Assembly: GCA_016748015.1 (NCBI GenBank)
Contig: JAAOMT010000479.1
Coordinates: 58,332-122,331 of the forward strand
Source: Geosiphon pyriformis uo1
Taxonomy: Eukaryota; Fungi; Glomeromycota
DNA length: 64,000 nucleotides
Reading direction: 5' to 3'
Shown here piece by piece: positions 27,001 through 41,300 of this stretch. Position 1 is the first letter of the stretch. Every line of letters starts with the position of its first letter. Position numbers and translations under genes: made by a program. Under the pieces are notes generated by a model. The model saw only the letters and a list, made by a program, of their open reading frames with translations, did not search any database and had not been told where the DNA came from.

Positions 27001-28557
27001 TATATTCAAAAAAAAACCACAACTCTAGTAGTAAACAATTCCTAGAATTATTATTTTTATAGAAAAAACACAAGAAGTTGCACTGAAAATCAATTATTAG
27101 AACTTTTAAAGCAAGCTTTAAAAAAAAATCTCTTATTTGTTTTTATTGACATTTTACCAAATGCCACAATTCAACAAAAACTTCTACTATTTCTTAATGA
27201 ACAAAACAATAAACATACTTTTATTTATAGATACTTTCATATTAGAAAAACACTTTATAAACAAAAACTAGAACTTAAAGCAACAAATCTCACTCCTGAA
27301 CCTATATAAAAACAAATTCACAATAAATTCAAGACAACAGCTAAACCAACAAACACTTGTTACAAACTTAAAGCAGCTTTTAGACTCTATGATTTGTTCA
27401 ACATTTGCAAAAATGTCCTACAAAATCTAATACTGCAACCAATGAAAATTCAATACATTAACAAACTCACAGAACTGAAATTTTAACAATTTTCAGACTA
27501 GATCACTTCAATTATTTTGGACCACTATCTTAACATTACAGATAGTGTTTGAACTTTGACAGAACTTAGTCTTAAGAAGAAAATTATGTTACCAGTAAAG
27601 TTTTAGCTATTAATTAACATGAAATTATTCTTATAATTTTTAGTATTAATTAGTATATTATTATCATGTCAATCATCACTTATTATTTAATCAGTTATCA
27701 AATATTATTATTTAATTAATAACTCGATTTGTACTATAGAAATTAAGATGATTAAATTACACAATACCCTAAACCATATAACATAGTCAAAATTTGCCGA
27801 AATTGATAAAAATTGGCCAAAATAATCAATAGTTCAGTGAAATAACCTGTAGTTTGCCAAAATATATCTTTAGTTCACCAAAATTGTAGCAAAGAGAAAA
27901 GTGCAAGTTCAAAGACTAGTACTACAACAAGTTGTATAAAAGAAGAGCTTTTCTCTTCAAGAAAATGTATTTTCTCATATCTTACTATAGTATCTTACTT
28001 TAGATATCTTAATTAAAACAAATCACTTTTTTACACATCTCAAAATAAAAATTAAATATTCGAAAACCAAATTTTTTGATTATTACACTTGAAATTTCCT
28101 CAACACAAACTAACATTTTGAAATTGATTAGCTACCAATTTCAGTAATTTGTTAATAACTTCAGGCTTGGATAGAAAACGTTTCCCTTAATAAAATTCTA
28201 TTTCTTTTATATTTCTTTTATTTTTCTTTTTCTTTTTTTATTATAATCATTAGGATAGCCTACAGATGAGATTCCTGTAAAAGAAGTTAACTTTCACAGC
28301 AAAGTAACTACACATTTTTAGTGAGTTTTTAGATGATCAATTTCTGGGAAAGAGTTGATGTTTACTACAACATAACTACATAAAGTAACTGGCACAAAAT
28401 TGGCCATTTCACTTATAAGTCCAGCAGTTTAAATTATAGGAGATAATTTAAAGATAAATTCAGTTATTGGAAGTTCAACTACTTCTAGAAAACGTGAATT
28501 CACAATAAACAGCCATTAGCATCATTCAAAAAAAGAGACCAAAAACCTCCGGTAATA
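24061..28557 (+). mobile_element. Ty3/Gypsy family A, 3' half: RT-RNase H-integrase, ORF3, PPT and 3' LTR (27587-28557)
   Basis: RT motifs (FCVDY, STLDLESEY*QV, VYLNNI from YLDD), RNase H, integrase core (25567-26124 ORF) with a GPF-like motif, PPT AAGAAGAAAATTA and LTR TGTTACC...GGTAATA. Confidence 0.92.
26899..27606 (+). pseudogene. Family A Gypsy ORF3 (env position, unknown function, ~217-235 aa)
   Basis: Single frameshift-free frame with 5 stops. Four are CAA in the second copy (~54875-55578, minus), which also keeps the ATG. Confidence 0.75.
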
Positions 28558-31500
28558 CTGGTTATGTCTCAAAAGTAAAAGAAATCCCTGGTTAAATTAT
28601 TTCAATATAGTTTTTATTTAAGAATAAATTATCAGTTACAATTTTGGGTTTATATGTAGATGTTTCTGCTAAAGCTAAGTTTGGTCAAGCATTAAAAATC
28701 AACTCATTTATTGCTAAGGCTGTTAACTTCAGTATTTTTGTAATATTGAACAGAGACTTCAATGAAAACAATTCAAAAAAAAGTATGAGTTTTAAGTTTT
28801 GTGTAAATTTAGGCTAAGTTAACTTATTTAATGAACATTTATTAACCAAAACTCTTACTTGGAACAATTTTAAAGGCGTTGTTACCAGTAAAATTTTAGC
28901 TATTAATTAGCATGAAATTACTCTTATAATTTCTATTATTAATTAGCATATATTATTATTATCTCGAATATCACTATTATTTAATCAAATTATCAAATAT
29001 CATTACTCAATCAATAATCCGATTTGTACCATAGAAATTAAGATGATCAAATTACACAATATTCTGAACCATTTAATATAGTTAAAATTCGCCGAAATTA
29101 ATGAAAATTGGCCGAAATAATTAATAGTTCAGTGAAATAACTTGTAGTTTGCCGAAATGTATCTTTAGTTCACCCAAATTATAGCAAAGAGAAAAGTGCA
29201 AGTTCAAAGACTAGTATTACAACAAGTTGTATAAAAGAAAAGCTTCTCTCTTCAAGAAAATGTATCTTCTCATAGTATCATAACATAGTATCTTACTTTA
29301 GATATCTTAATTAGAACAAATCACTTTTACATATCTCAAATAAAAATTAAATATTCGAAAACCAAATTCTTTGATTATTACACTTGAAATTCTCTCAACA
29401 CAAACTAACCTTTTGAAATTGATTAGCTACCAATTTCAGTAATCTGTTAATGACTTCAGGCCTGGATAAAAAACGTTTCCCTTGACAAAATTCTATTTCT
29501 TTTACATTTTTTTATTTTTTTTTCTTTTCTTATCATAATCATTTGGGTAGCCTACAGACGAGATTCCTGTAGAAGAGTTGACTTTCACAGCAAAGTAACT
29601 ACACATTTTAGTGAGCTTCTAGATGAGCAATTCCTGGGAAAGAGTTGACATTTACTACAATGTAACTACATAAAGTAACTGGTAAGGAATTGGCTATTCC
29701 ATTCATAAGCCCAGCAGTTCAAATTATAAGAGATAATTTAAAAATAAATTCAGTTACTGAAAGTCCAACTACTTTCTAAAAACATGAATTCACAGCAAAT
29801 TAACATTAACAACATTCAAGAAAAGAGACCAAAAACCTCCAGTAACAGCGTTAAAAAAGTTATTAATTTTATTTTTGTAAATTAGAACCTGATATTTGTA
29901 GTTACTAGTTATAGAATTGACATTGTGTCTAAGTTTTTTAATATTAATTACAAGACAGTTTCAGTTATAATTGGCTTGAATAATTTTTTGAATGTTTGCC
30001 TTAATTATAATTGTAAACAGACTAATAAAAATAGATAGAAGTTCAAAAATAAAAATGCTAAGATTAATAAGTAGTTGCAGTTTAAAAAGTGCTTATTAAA
30101 CAAATTCTTGAGAAAAATAGCTGAATTCAATAGTGCAAAATGTTGTGACAATTTAAATACTATATAGAAGATCCTAAAAAAAGTAATAATAAACTTTGTT
30201 AATAAGGTGTTTTCTAAACTTTGATTTAGTAAGTTTGAATATTCGAAAAATAAACAATTATCTAAGTTTTTTAAGCTAAAATTGTTGATAACCAAAATCA
30301 TAAAAAGATTGGTTTTGAATCAAGTTTTAAAAACTGATCATCTTATTAATATCTGAATTAATATTAACAAAAATAAGACTTCTAGACTATAAATTATAAT
30401 TAATAATAACATAAGTTTGAAGAAAATTCTATATTATTTGTTAAAAGTCAAAAAAAAGTACTATAAATCCAAATATTATGAATTCAAAGTTACTTAGAAT
30501 GATCTCATTAGAAAAACTATTGATAAATATATGAAAAATTTCTGTTTTAATAAGAGAAAAATAATCAAAAGCATTCTAAATTGGCTATTTTGAAAAATGG
30601 TACTTAACTATTTAATAATTAATAATAATTTAATTCTAAAGTTATATAAGATTAAGTTTATGATTAATATAATTATAAAAGAATTGATGAGAAAACATAT
30701 AATGTCTGGTGCTTTATCTAATAAATAAATTAATTAATATGCTTTTCTGAATTATGTTGATAATAATGCTTTTTTAAAAGTTATAAGTAATATTAAATTT
30801 GATAAATTTTTACAAGTTCTTAAGGATTTATCTGATAGAAAAGCCACTGGTTTTTTTAGTATTTTTAATAAGCTCTAAAAACATGATAATATGTAAGTTT
30901 TAGGTGGTTTATTAGACATTTTTAATGTATATTTAACATTAGGCACAATTTTTATATAGTAAAAAAAAACTTAAGTTTCTATAATACTAAAGTCATATAA
31001 TTAAAAAAAAATTTATGAATATTAGAACAATAGTCTTAATTAAAACAACCCATAAAATTTTATCTAAAATTTTTTTAGACAGAATTTTTTTGGTTTGTAA
31101 CAATTTTGATGTCTTATATGGTAATAATTTTTCAGTTTTAAAAGACATGTCTACTTAAACTTTGATTTTTTTGTTAATTTTATTATTAAAAACATATTGG
31201 AAAAAAGGAAGCTGTGGCTAGTTTATCAAAACATAGGTAAAACATATGATTTTGTTAGGTAGTATCATTTAAAAAACAGTTTAGTTAAGATTAAAATATG
31301 TTCTAATTTTATAAAATATTTTAAAAGTATATATACTAATTAAATCAATTAAGTAATGACAAATTTTGGGCTTATAAAGGAATATATTAATTATAATAGA
31401 CTGAATTAAGATGAAGTATTCTTACTTTTGTTGTGAAGAATTTTTTATAATCTTTTGTTTTATGAGATTAAAAAGCATAATAATTTGTATAACTATAAGT

Positions 31501-34084
31501 GAATTTAAAGTTTTTTATGTAAACTGGCAAACAAGATCTTAGGAGTAGCATAACATTTTTTCTAGCAGCAGGAACTTTTGTAGATAATACAATTTAAATT
31601 AAAAATAACATAGTTACTATTTAGTATATTCTAAATATAGCTAATAAATTTTTTCAGATTAATAATATTTCAATTAATACAGATAAAATAGTTGTTATAT
31701 TCATTAATTAAAGAATAAAAGTTTTTTGTTTGGTAATTAGTAGTTCAAACATTTCAATAGCTAAAAAAAATAAATTACATAAATATTTAGACATTTTTTT
31801 GTTTATAGACAGTTTTCTCAAACCAAATATTAATAAGACTTATTCAAATATTAATTTTTTACAAATTTAGTTTTAAGAAAAGTCATGTTTAATAAACAGT
31901 TTCTGTACTTAGTATCTGCTGTTCTGTAATTAATAGTTGGCTACAAATTATAATTTAGTTATGTTTCAATGAGTGTATGCAAAAAATAGAACAGATTATT
32001 AAGGAAAAAACTTAAATTTAAGACTAATTTACTTAAGAAGTTTTTTAATAAAGCCATCACTTATTTTAAGTTATATAATCTAAAATTATTTAAACAATTA
32101 CAAGCCAAAAATTTCTTAATGAATTTGGTAGTTTTTGTTAATTCAAAAGACATTTTTGGCAGTATATTTAAATACAGATTTATGAATCTACAAATTATTA
32201 GTTAGATGCTTTGACAACTTCTTTGTTTTTTAATTATATTGTTAATTAATCTTATAAACTGCTTTTTAGCTGGTATAATTAACATTCTTGTGTTATGTAC
32301 ATTATTTTTAAGCAATAATTTGCTTAATGTCTTCCAGATTAGTAATATTATTGTTGTTATAAATGTTTTGGGCTTGAAATAATATGTAAGTGAAATGAAT
32401 TTGCTGAAAAAGTTTAATATTGTTTTTGTAAACCAGCTTCTGAATTGTTACAGCATATGTTTTACATAGAACATATTTTGCAAGTAGAAAAGACTAAATT
32501 CCAAGAGTTCAGTTTTTAGTTGGTTTAGTTTACTAATCAAGTTTATTAAGAATAGTAGTTTGAATAATAGTGGTGTTCTGACTTCTTATTCCATTTTTGT
32601 TTAATGTTTGAACAAATTTGATTTTGTTTGTAAGTGTTTTTTGAAGAGTAAATTTAATAGTATAATTGTTTATATAAATAGTTTGGTCAAAAGTTTGGAG
32701 TTTGTAAATACTTGTAATGGTACTGCTGTCTACTTTTTAAATATTAACATAAATATAAAAGTTAAGATAAATGGCTTGCTTTTTTTAACTCTGGCAAAAT
32801 TACAAGTCATTACTTTTGCTTTGAAATATGTTTCAGTATTTAGCTTAGTTGTGTTATTCACAAATAATTAGATATTATTGGATATGAATATCTTAATTAA
32901 AAAAAACAACAGTTTCAATTTTCACAATAAATGCTAGATAGAAAAAAAACATATTTATTATATTATTATATTTAAGAATCTGTTAGTTAATTGGAACAAG
33001 ATTAAGAGTTATTTTGGAGTTGTTGGCAATAAACATGCTGATTTATTTGTCAATGCTACTATCATGTTTGATTTCATACTGTTTGTTAGGGTGTTATGTT
33101 ATTTTCTTGCTGTTGAAAGCAAAATTGTCTCTGAAAACATCTATTATTTGTTAAACATCTTTTTAAAACAGTCAGTTTTATTGGTTTAAATTTCAAATAT
33201 GTCAATAATATTGTAAACAAGTCTTTATATAGTCTGATTAATATATATAAAATTTTTAATATATAACATTTTGATGATCAGATTCATTCAAGTTTTATTA
33301 GTTTAATCTTTATAACACTTTGGTTTTATTTTATAAAAATCTTATACCACTGATTGTCTATTGCCAAAAGAAAAAAATTATACAATTTGAATTATTCCAA
33401 TGTGTTGTATATTTAATATAAGTTAGTAGAAAACTTTAATCATATATTTTCTAATATTTATAATAACTGTGCCAAATTAGAACTGATTTCAAAAACTATT
33501 AAAATGTGGACTAGTTTGCTAGATATCTGTATTATTGGCAATGTAATAATTTAATTCTTGTATAAAACTAAATTTTCTAATTATTTATATATGTTACTAG
33601 TCAAAAGCATTATAATAAAAATATGGGTAACAGACACAATATGTTTATTGGGTAGCTAATCTAATGATATGTCTTTGGTCATTAATTTGGTTTGAAATTT
33701 TGTTAAAAGTTACAAATCTACCATGTAGTTGCAAATCACCTAACTAAAAGTGCATTATAAAAAACATAATCTTTTGCTATATAATGAATCTATAATTTTA
33801 GCTATATTTGGCTTGATATTTATATAGTTTCTTAATATAATTCATAATTTTGATTTAAAGTTGAGTATTCATATTTGTTTTAGTTTGTATTTTTGTTTAT
33901 CCAATATATATTTTGGTTTTTTGTGTGATTTTTCTGTTGTAAATAATTTAAGTACATAGTACTATTTTGATTAATCTGAATAGCTAGTTATGTATAAAAA
34001 GAACATAAATTATACTTAAATATAGTTTTATAGTTTTGGATAATTGTTGAATTCCATTCATAAAATAATTAATAAAAAAAAAAA
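28558..34084 (+). mobile_element. LINE copy L2 (5' part missing, starts within APE), decayed, contains a solo LTR
   Basis: APE (KVKEIPG*IISI), RT (AGTFVDNT), RNase H (32608-32871 ORF), 3' UTR and A-tail at ~34073-34084. Confidence 0.9.
28880..29847 (+). mobile_element. Solo LTR, family A, with 4-bp TSD GCGT
   Basis: TGTTACC...AGTAACA flanked by GCGT on both sides (28876-79, 29848-51). The host LINE reads WNNFKGV|KKVI across it; highly similar to 27587-28557. Confidence 0.95.
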
Positions 34085-34189
34085 CTTAAATAATACAATT
34101 TTTAAATTACCAAATTTTTAGATAAATTATATATAAAACAAAAATTTTTATTAAAACCAAAATTAAAATAAAATATTTAATAAAATTAA

Positions 34190-34861
34190 TACTTATTATA
34201 ATAAAAATTATAAAATCTAAATATAAAACTTTAATAAAAATCATTAAAAATTATAAAAATCTTATATTATAAAGATTTATATATATATAATAATAGTATT
34301 AAAAACAAAAAATTCAATTATTTTATTAAATTTTATTAAATAATTTTAACAATTAAAAATTTAATACTTGAAATAAAATTTATTTTAATAAAAATCATAA
34401 ATTAATTATATATTATCTAAATTTTAAATTATTTACTATTAATTAATTTTAATACTATTGATCTATAGTATTTATTAATACTAAAACAATAGTTTTTAAT
34501 TATAACTATTAATAAAATAATAATTTTCTATTTTTTTATTTTTATTTTTTATTTTTTTTGTTTGTTTATTTGTTTTATTAATTAATTAAAAAAAATGTCG
34601 AAATTACAATATTAAAAATTATTTGATAAAATATACAAAAATAAATATAAAATTAATTTATTAAATTATTTACTAAAAAGATAAAAAACACCAAAATAAA
34701 TTAGTTATTATATTAAAAAAGTTAAATACTAAATATTATCAATAATTATTAATAAATTTCTGTTTATTATTTAAAACTTTTAAATACCAAAATTTTTAAA
34801 TTATATTACCAATTAATAATATTAATTTGTGAATTAATTTATTATATAATTACTTATAATA
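34190..34861 (+). mobile_element. Extremely decayed LTR related to family B (start approximate)
   Basis: Ends ATTACTTATAATA (decayed ATTACCTGTAACA). Aligns with the reverse complement of 45870-46553 and shares blocks with 57534-58381. Confidence 0.6.
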
Positions 34862-35390
34862 TTAGTCAAATTATTATAATTTTAGAAAATAATTTAATAA
34901 AATATCAATAAACAATATTATTAGTTTTTTTATAATATAAACAAAAATTATTGATTTAAAAACACAATATTTTAGCATTTATAAAAAGTTCAAACTGGTT
35001 TGTATTAATTAACATAATATTATTATATTGTATAATTATTAATTAACTTTTTATTATTAATATAAAAAAAATATAATATAATTAAAAATAAATTCTAAAT
35101 ATTATTATAAAAACCAAAACAAAATTAATTAATTAATAATTTTTTTTTCAAATATTAAATACTAATAAATAAAATTAAAAAATTATATTATTACAAAACA
35201 ATTTTTTTAACAAAAATAATACAGTTAATTAATTAATAATTAGACTAATAACAAAATTTATAATTAAATTATTAAGTTACTAATTACATAATAACTAAAT
35301 TTAAAATAATATAATATTATAAATTAAAATTTAAATAAAAATTATTAAAAATTAAAACAGAATTATTATTATTATTATTATAATTAAAAA

Positions 35391-38300
35391 AAAAAACTTC
35401 TTTTTTTTTTTTGTTCAAAATTTCCAAAAAGAGTCAAAAATTTTTTTGGAAAAAGTTTTTTTACAATTCAATATAATAAATTCAAATCTTTCTTACTTGA
35501 TTATGAAGTCACTATTGGCTGTAGTATTGCTATAATAAAAAAATCTGTCAAAAGCTTTAGTGCTAATACTATTAACAAAGATATTGCCTCTAAAAAAAAG
35601 AAAAAAGAAGATGTTTTAAAAGATAATACTGTTAATAAAGTTATTCTGTCTAAAAAAGTATTTAATAGTTCTGAAAGTCTAAAACTGGTGATACCACTGA
35701 ATCTAATAGTGTTAATATAAAAAAAAAGTGTTTAATAGAAGAAACCAATGTGGATTATAAAGAAAAGAATATGTTCAATGAAGGTGATTTTGTTCAGATG
35801 CCAAAAGATTCAAGATTAATAACAAAAAAGACTTTGGATATGTCATTGGGAGAAATCAATTTTTTGGATGATGTTGATAATGATAACATTCTCTTGGATG
35901 CTTCTGTGGTTTTTTTTTTGTCATTAAAGAATCTGGTTAATATGTCTGTTAGAAAATCTTTTACTTTGGATATTGGCTTAGACAAAGTTGCTGAAAAGTT
36001 ATCTAATAATAAGCTTATAGCTATTAGAAAATTGTTTTCAAAAGTTAATGGTTTTGGGGAAGCCTTTACTTTCTCAAAATTTTCTGGGATCATCCATGCT
36101 TCTTTCACTTCTGAATTTAGTTTGGCACAGATTACAAAAAAGACAAAAGTGGCAAATATTTTGGTAAACACCAATCTCAAAAAATCCATGATATGTTTAG
36201 ATCAAGCTGTAGTAATAAAAAAATTCCAGTTGGAATATTAGCTGAGACTATACATGCTGTGTTTTCTGAGTTTGATACTGTTGTGTTAATTAAAATGCAA
36301 TTGGTAGGGCTATGGCAAAAGGCTGTAATGGAGTTTGCCCAATCAGATTAGGTTGATTTGATCACAGCTAAATGGTTCATCTTAATCAGAAAAAATACCA
36401 TGAAAATAGCTAAGACTAATATAGACAAGAAATTATGAAATATAAAAGATTAACATAGGACACTGCTCTATATACTGTTAATGGGCACTAATGTTTATGA
36501 CATCTGGGACTTCATTGGTTCTGTAAGTAAAAAAACATGTATTATTAATCAACACCTGTTATATATGTCTGAACCAGGTATGTTGTTGTTTGTTTTAACT
36601 TGGCTAATTTACTAGATGCTATTATAAAAACTACACTTGTTTTAAGGAGTGTAAATTTGCTTTGGTCTTATTTAAGTTTTGCTAAGTGTAGTAAATGTGG
36701 AAAATTGAGCCATATCTTTTTAAGCTGTTCTGTAAGTAAAAGAGTGTTTTTTGGTGGTCCATCTCACAAGATACTGTTGGATGATGATAAAAGCAGGCTG
36801 ACATCTATCTATGCTAACCATTCTACTCTAATCTCTCATTTTGCTTTTTTTGGTAGTATTTCTTAGACAAAGATAATTAGTGAGTCTTTGTTTTTTTTTT
36901 TTCTATAAGTAATGTTTTAGTTGTTTCTGGTTTCTTTTTGGAAATAAAACCTGTCCCAATGGTGTTTTTGGAATTGAACCATAGGTTTGCTGCTCTTAAG
37001 CGTAGTCTTATCAGTCTTATAGAACATGTTGACAAGTTGGCTAAGAGATTAAACACATTTGAGCTAACAGTTTCCCAGTTTAGCCTTAGACATTAACTGT
37101 TGATAATCCTTTCATCACAAAATCAAGGTGCAGATATAGTAATAGATAAGAGTTTAGATGTGGCTACTAGTAGTGAGACTACTATAGAAGCAGTGGTGTT
37201 TAACTCTTTGGTTATCTCAAAAATAGAAAAAACTTTGAACAATCTGTTAATCACAGTTATAGACCTCTTGGCTAAAGTGGACAATATTGGTTTGGTTTTT
37301 GTTCCTTATTCTTCTCAATGATAGATCTGGTTTGGAAATTTGCTATGTGCAATATTCGTGGTATTAATGTTTCTGCCAAGCAGGAAGATATTGTTTGTTG
37401 GCATGTAGAATCTGAAAATGTAGTTTCTATTATTACAAAAACAAAGTTAAGGTCTAGTATCAGGCCATAGATCATAAACAAGTTTGATGAGGTAAAAATA
37501 TTCTCTTTTGGCTTAAACAAAAGATTTCTTGATGCTGGAATGGCAATCATTATAAACAATTCTCTTGCACATCATGTTTCCAAGATTGAAGAAGTCTCTG
37601 GTCATCTTATTTCTGTTTGTTTTCTCTTTAAAACCAAGCTGTCAGTTGTGGTTTTAAGTTTTTATGCTGGTGCTTCTGTTGAGACCAAATTTAGTCAGGC
37701 TTTGAAAATTAACTCTTGTATTACTAAAACTGTTAATTCCTCTACATTCACAGTTTTGGATAAAAATTTTAATAAAAATAGATTGAAAAAGAATGCAAGT
37801 TTTAAGTTTTGCTCAGATTTGGGCTTGGTTAATTTTTTTTGTTGTCATTTACTGGTTAAAGCATCTATTTAGAGCAATTTGAAAGGTGTTAAAAAAGTTA
37901 TTGATTATATTTTTATGAGTGAGAGTTTGTTATCTGCAGTGGCTGGTAATAAGATTGTCTTTGTCTCTGTGTTTTTTAATATAGATCACAATGCTGTTTT
38001 GGTCTCAGTTAGTTTGGATGACCTCTTAAACACTCATCTCAACAATAATTATAGACAGGCTAACAGAAATAAATGGAAGTTTAGAATCAAAGATGCAAAT
38101 GTTAATAAGTGGTTATGCTTTAGAAAGTATTTATTAAGCAGATTCTTGGAAAAGTTGGGTGATTTTGATATTGCAAGGAAGAGTAAAAATTTGGATACTA
38201 TGTGAGAAATTTTAAAGGTGATGGTAGTGGACTTTGCTAATAAAGTATTTTCTAGGTTCTGGTTTAGTAAGTTTGAATGTTTAAAAAACAAACATTCATT

Positions 38301-41300
38301 AAAGTTCTTTAAATTGGAACTGTTAATGGCCAAGATAGTAAGGTGTTTGTGTTTTGGTCAAGATTTAAAAACCAATTGGCTTTTTGATAAATGGTCCATT
38401 ATTAATGTTAAGAAGACCTCTAATATGCATATTATGCTAAATAATAGTAAGAACCAAGAAAAAATTCTACTTCACTTGTCTAGGATTAAAAAAATGTACT
38501 ATAAGTTTAAGTATTATAAGTCTAAGATTGCTAGAGATAGTTTTATTAAGAAGGTAATAGACAAACACATAAAAAACTTTTGTTCTAATAAAGATCATAT
38601 AATTAAAAGTGTTTTGAAATGACTATTTTAAAAGATGGTGCTTGATTATCTGATTGTGGATGACAAATTAATTCTGGTTCCCAATGAGGTTAAGTTTACT
38701 GTTAATATTGTAATGGAAGAGTAGATGAAGAAATGTGTTGTCTCTGATTTTCTGTCTGTTTATTGGTTTGATTAATATGCTTTCTTAAATTACATTAATA
38801 ATGATGTGTTTTTAAATATTATGTATAATATCAAGTCTGATGAGTTTTTTTCAGTGGTCAAGGAATTGCTTAATAAAAAAGCTGTTAGCATTTCTGGTAT
38901 TCTTAATGAACTTTGAAAACATGGTGATGTTCAAGTTTTTAGTAGCTTGTTAGATATTCTTAATATGTGTTTGGTATTAGGTGCAGTATCCTTACAATGG
39001 AGACAAACTTGGGTTTTTATAATACCAAAGCCATATAACTAAAAAGGAATGCTTACTAATATTAAACCTATATCATTAATTAAAACAGCTTAAAAGATAC
39101 TGTCCAAAATTTTTTCTGACAGGATTTTCTTAGTTTGCAGTAGATTTGATGTTCTCAATAGTGACAATTTCTTAGTTTTAAAAAATACATCCACTTAGAC
39201 TCCAATTTTTGCCATTAGTTCTGTTGTTAAAAATGTGCTAAAAAAGAACAGAAAGCTGTGGTTAGTTCTCTAAGACATGCAAAAGACTTATGACTCAGTC
39301 AAGTGGTTTTACTTGTAAAACAGCTTATTTTAGATCAAAATATGCTCTTATTTTATAAAGTTTTTGGGGAATATACACAAAAATTGGACCAATCAGACAA
39401 TAACAAACTTTAAACTAACTAATAAATATACTGTTCATGATAAACTGGATTAAAAAAAAGTCTTTTCACTATTACTGTAGAGGATTTTCTATAATCCTTT
39501 GCTTTGTGAAGTCAAAAAACATAAGCAATTATGTAGTTACAAATTGAATTCAAAATTTTTTACAAAAATTGATAAAATTGGCTTTAAAAGTGACAAAGTT
39601 TTCTTTTTTGCAGCTGGTGCCTTTGTAAATAACACTATTTGGGTTGAGAATTGCATAGCAGTTACACAATGCATTCTGAACATTGCAAGTGAATTTTTTC
39701 TGATTAATAATATCTCTATTAATATGGATAAAATGGTCATTATTTCTATTAATTAAAAAGACAAAGAGATTTTGCTGTCTATTAGTGGTTCTGATATCTT
39801 TATAGCCAAAAAACATAAGTTTTATCAGTACTTAGGAATTTTTTTTTTCTATGGATGGTCTGTCAAAGCCAAGCTTAGCTAAAGTTCATTTAGATATCAG
39901 ATTCTTTTTAAATGTGATTTGAGAAAGATCATTACTAAAAAACAGTTTTTGTATTTGATTTTTGTTTATTTATAACTCATAATTGGTTATAAACTACAGT
40001 TCAATTGTGTTTCAAAGAGTGTATGTGAGAAGTAGAACAAAATGTTAAAAAGAGATTGAAGCTTAAGACCAACCTGCCCAAAAATTTTTTAAATGAAGCT
40101 TTGTATCATTCAGAACTGTATGGTTTAAGGACTTTTGAGCAAATGTTGACTTAAAATTTGTTGGCTAGCTTGATTAATTTTGCTAATGCTGGCAGAATCC
40201 TCAATAAGTTACTTGAACACAGTTGTAGGCTGCTAGCTAAATGTCTCAGCACTCTCTTTGGGTTCTGATTAAGTTGCTGATTAATTCAATAAATTGTTTT
40301 TGGGCTGGCATAATACATGCATTTTTCACACAATTTAATGTTCATTTGCTCTAGCCATTGAGCTTGAGCTTCTTTGGTCGGATAAGTGTGACTGGCAATT
40401 TGGTGATATATTTCTACTTTATCTTTGTAGTTGTATCCAGCGATTTCAAAGGTGTATGCAATGTATTCTGACTCTTTCATTTGATGAACATTTTCTTGAG
40501 TGGCTCTGTTGATTAAAGCCATTGCTAAATTGAAAATTATTTCGGCATCATGAGGGTAATGGTACAGTTTGTTGAGGGCACTGTTGTAAGCAGCATCAAA
40601 AGAGGTTCCTCTTGTTACTTTTTCTGAGATTAAAAGAGCATATTGGCATGTTTGATCACAGACTTTTCCTCTAAATGCAACATCAATCTAGTCATATTCA
40701 TCAGGTAATCATTCTCCACAAGTCAAATAGAGCATTTTGTCCCATTTTTTACTTCTTTTGACTAGGTATCCCCATCGTTCTCAGTAGCAGGATTTGCAAT
40801 AGTAACAGGTATGGTTTCTGTATTCTTCCTCGGGTGAAATACAAGCTCCCATTGATGAGAGTTTCTTGTGACAATTTTTGCATTTGAGTGGAATGTAAGA
40901 GCATTGCTTACATGGTTCTGGTTTTGAATAAGGAACATTCCATTCAGATGTCACTGGTTTTTTTGTTTCAAGAGAATTGTTTGTTAAAAAATACTGTTGT
41001 TCAGTTTCATTAGCCCAATTGGAAGTTGATCCAAGTGCCATAAATGTTTCAATGATGGGTTTTTCTTCTTCTGGTTCAAATTCAAAAGCTAGGGCTTTTT
41101 TGGAGCATTTGTTGAATATACCACAAGTAGCAGGTACCCAGGCATGTTGTTCTTGGTAGAAGATTGTTAACTCTTGTGTCTTCCAATTCAGATTAGCATT
41201 GGCTTTTTGGAGCCAATTGTTTCTGACAAGAGCTTGGTATTGGGGAGCATCCATGACCAGAACTTTGACTGGAATGGTGATTCCGTCAATTGTAAATGGG

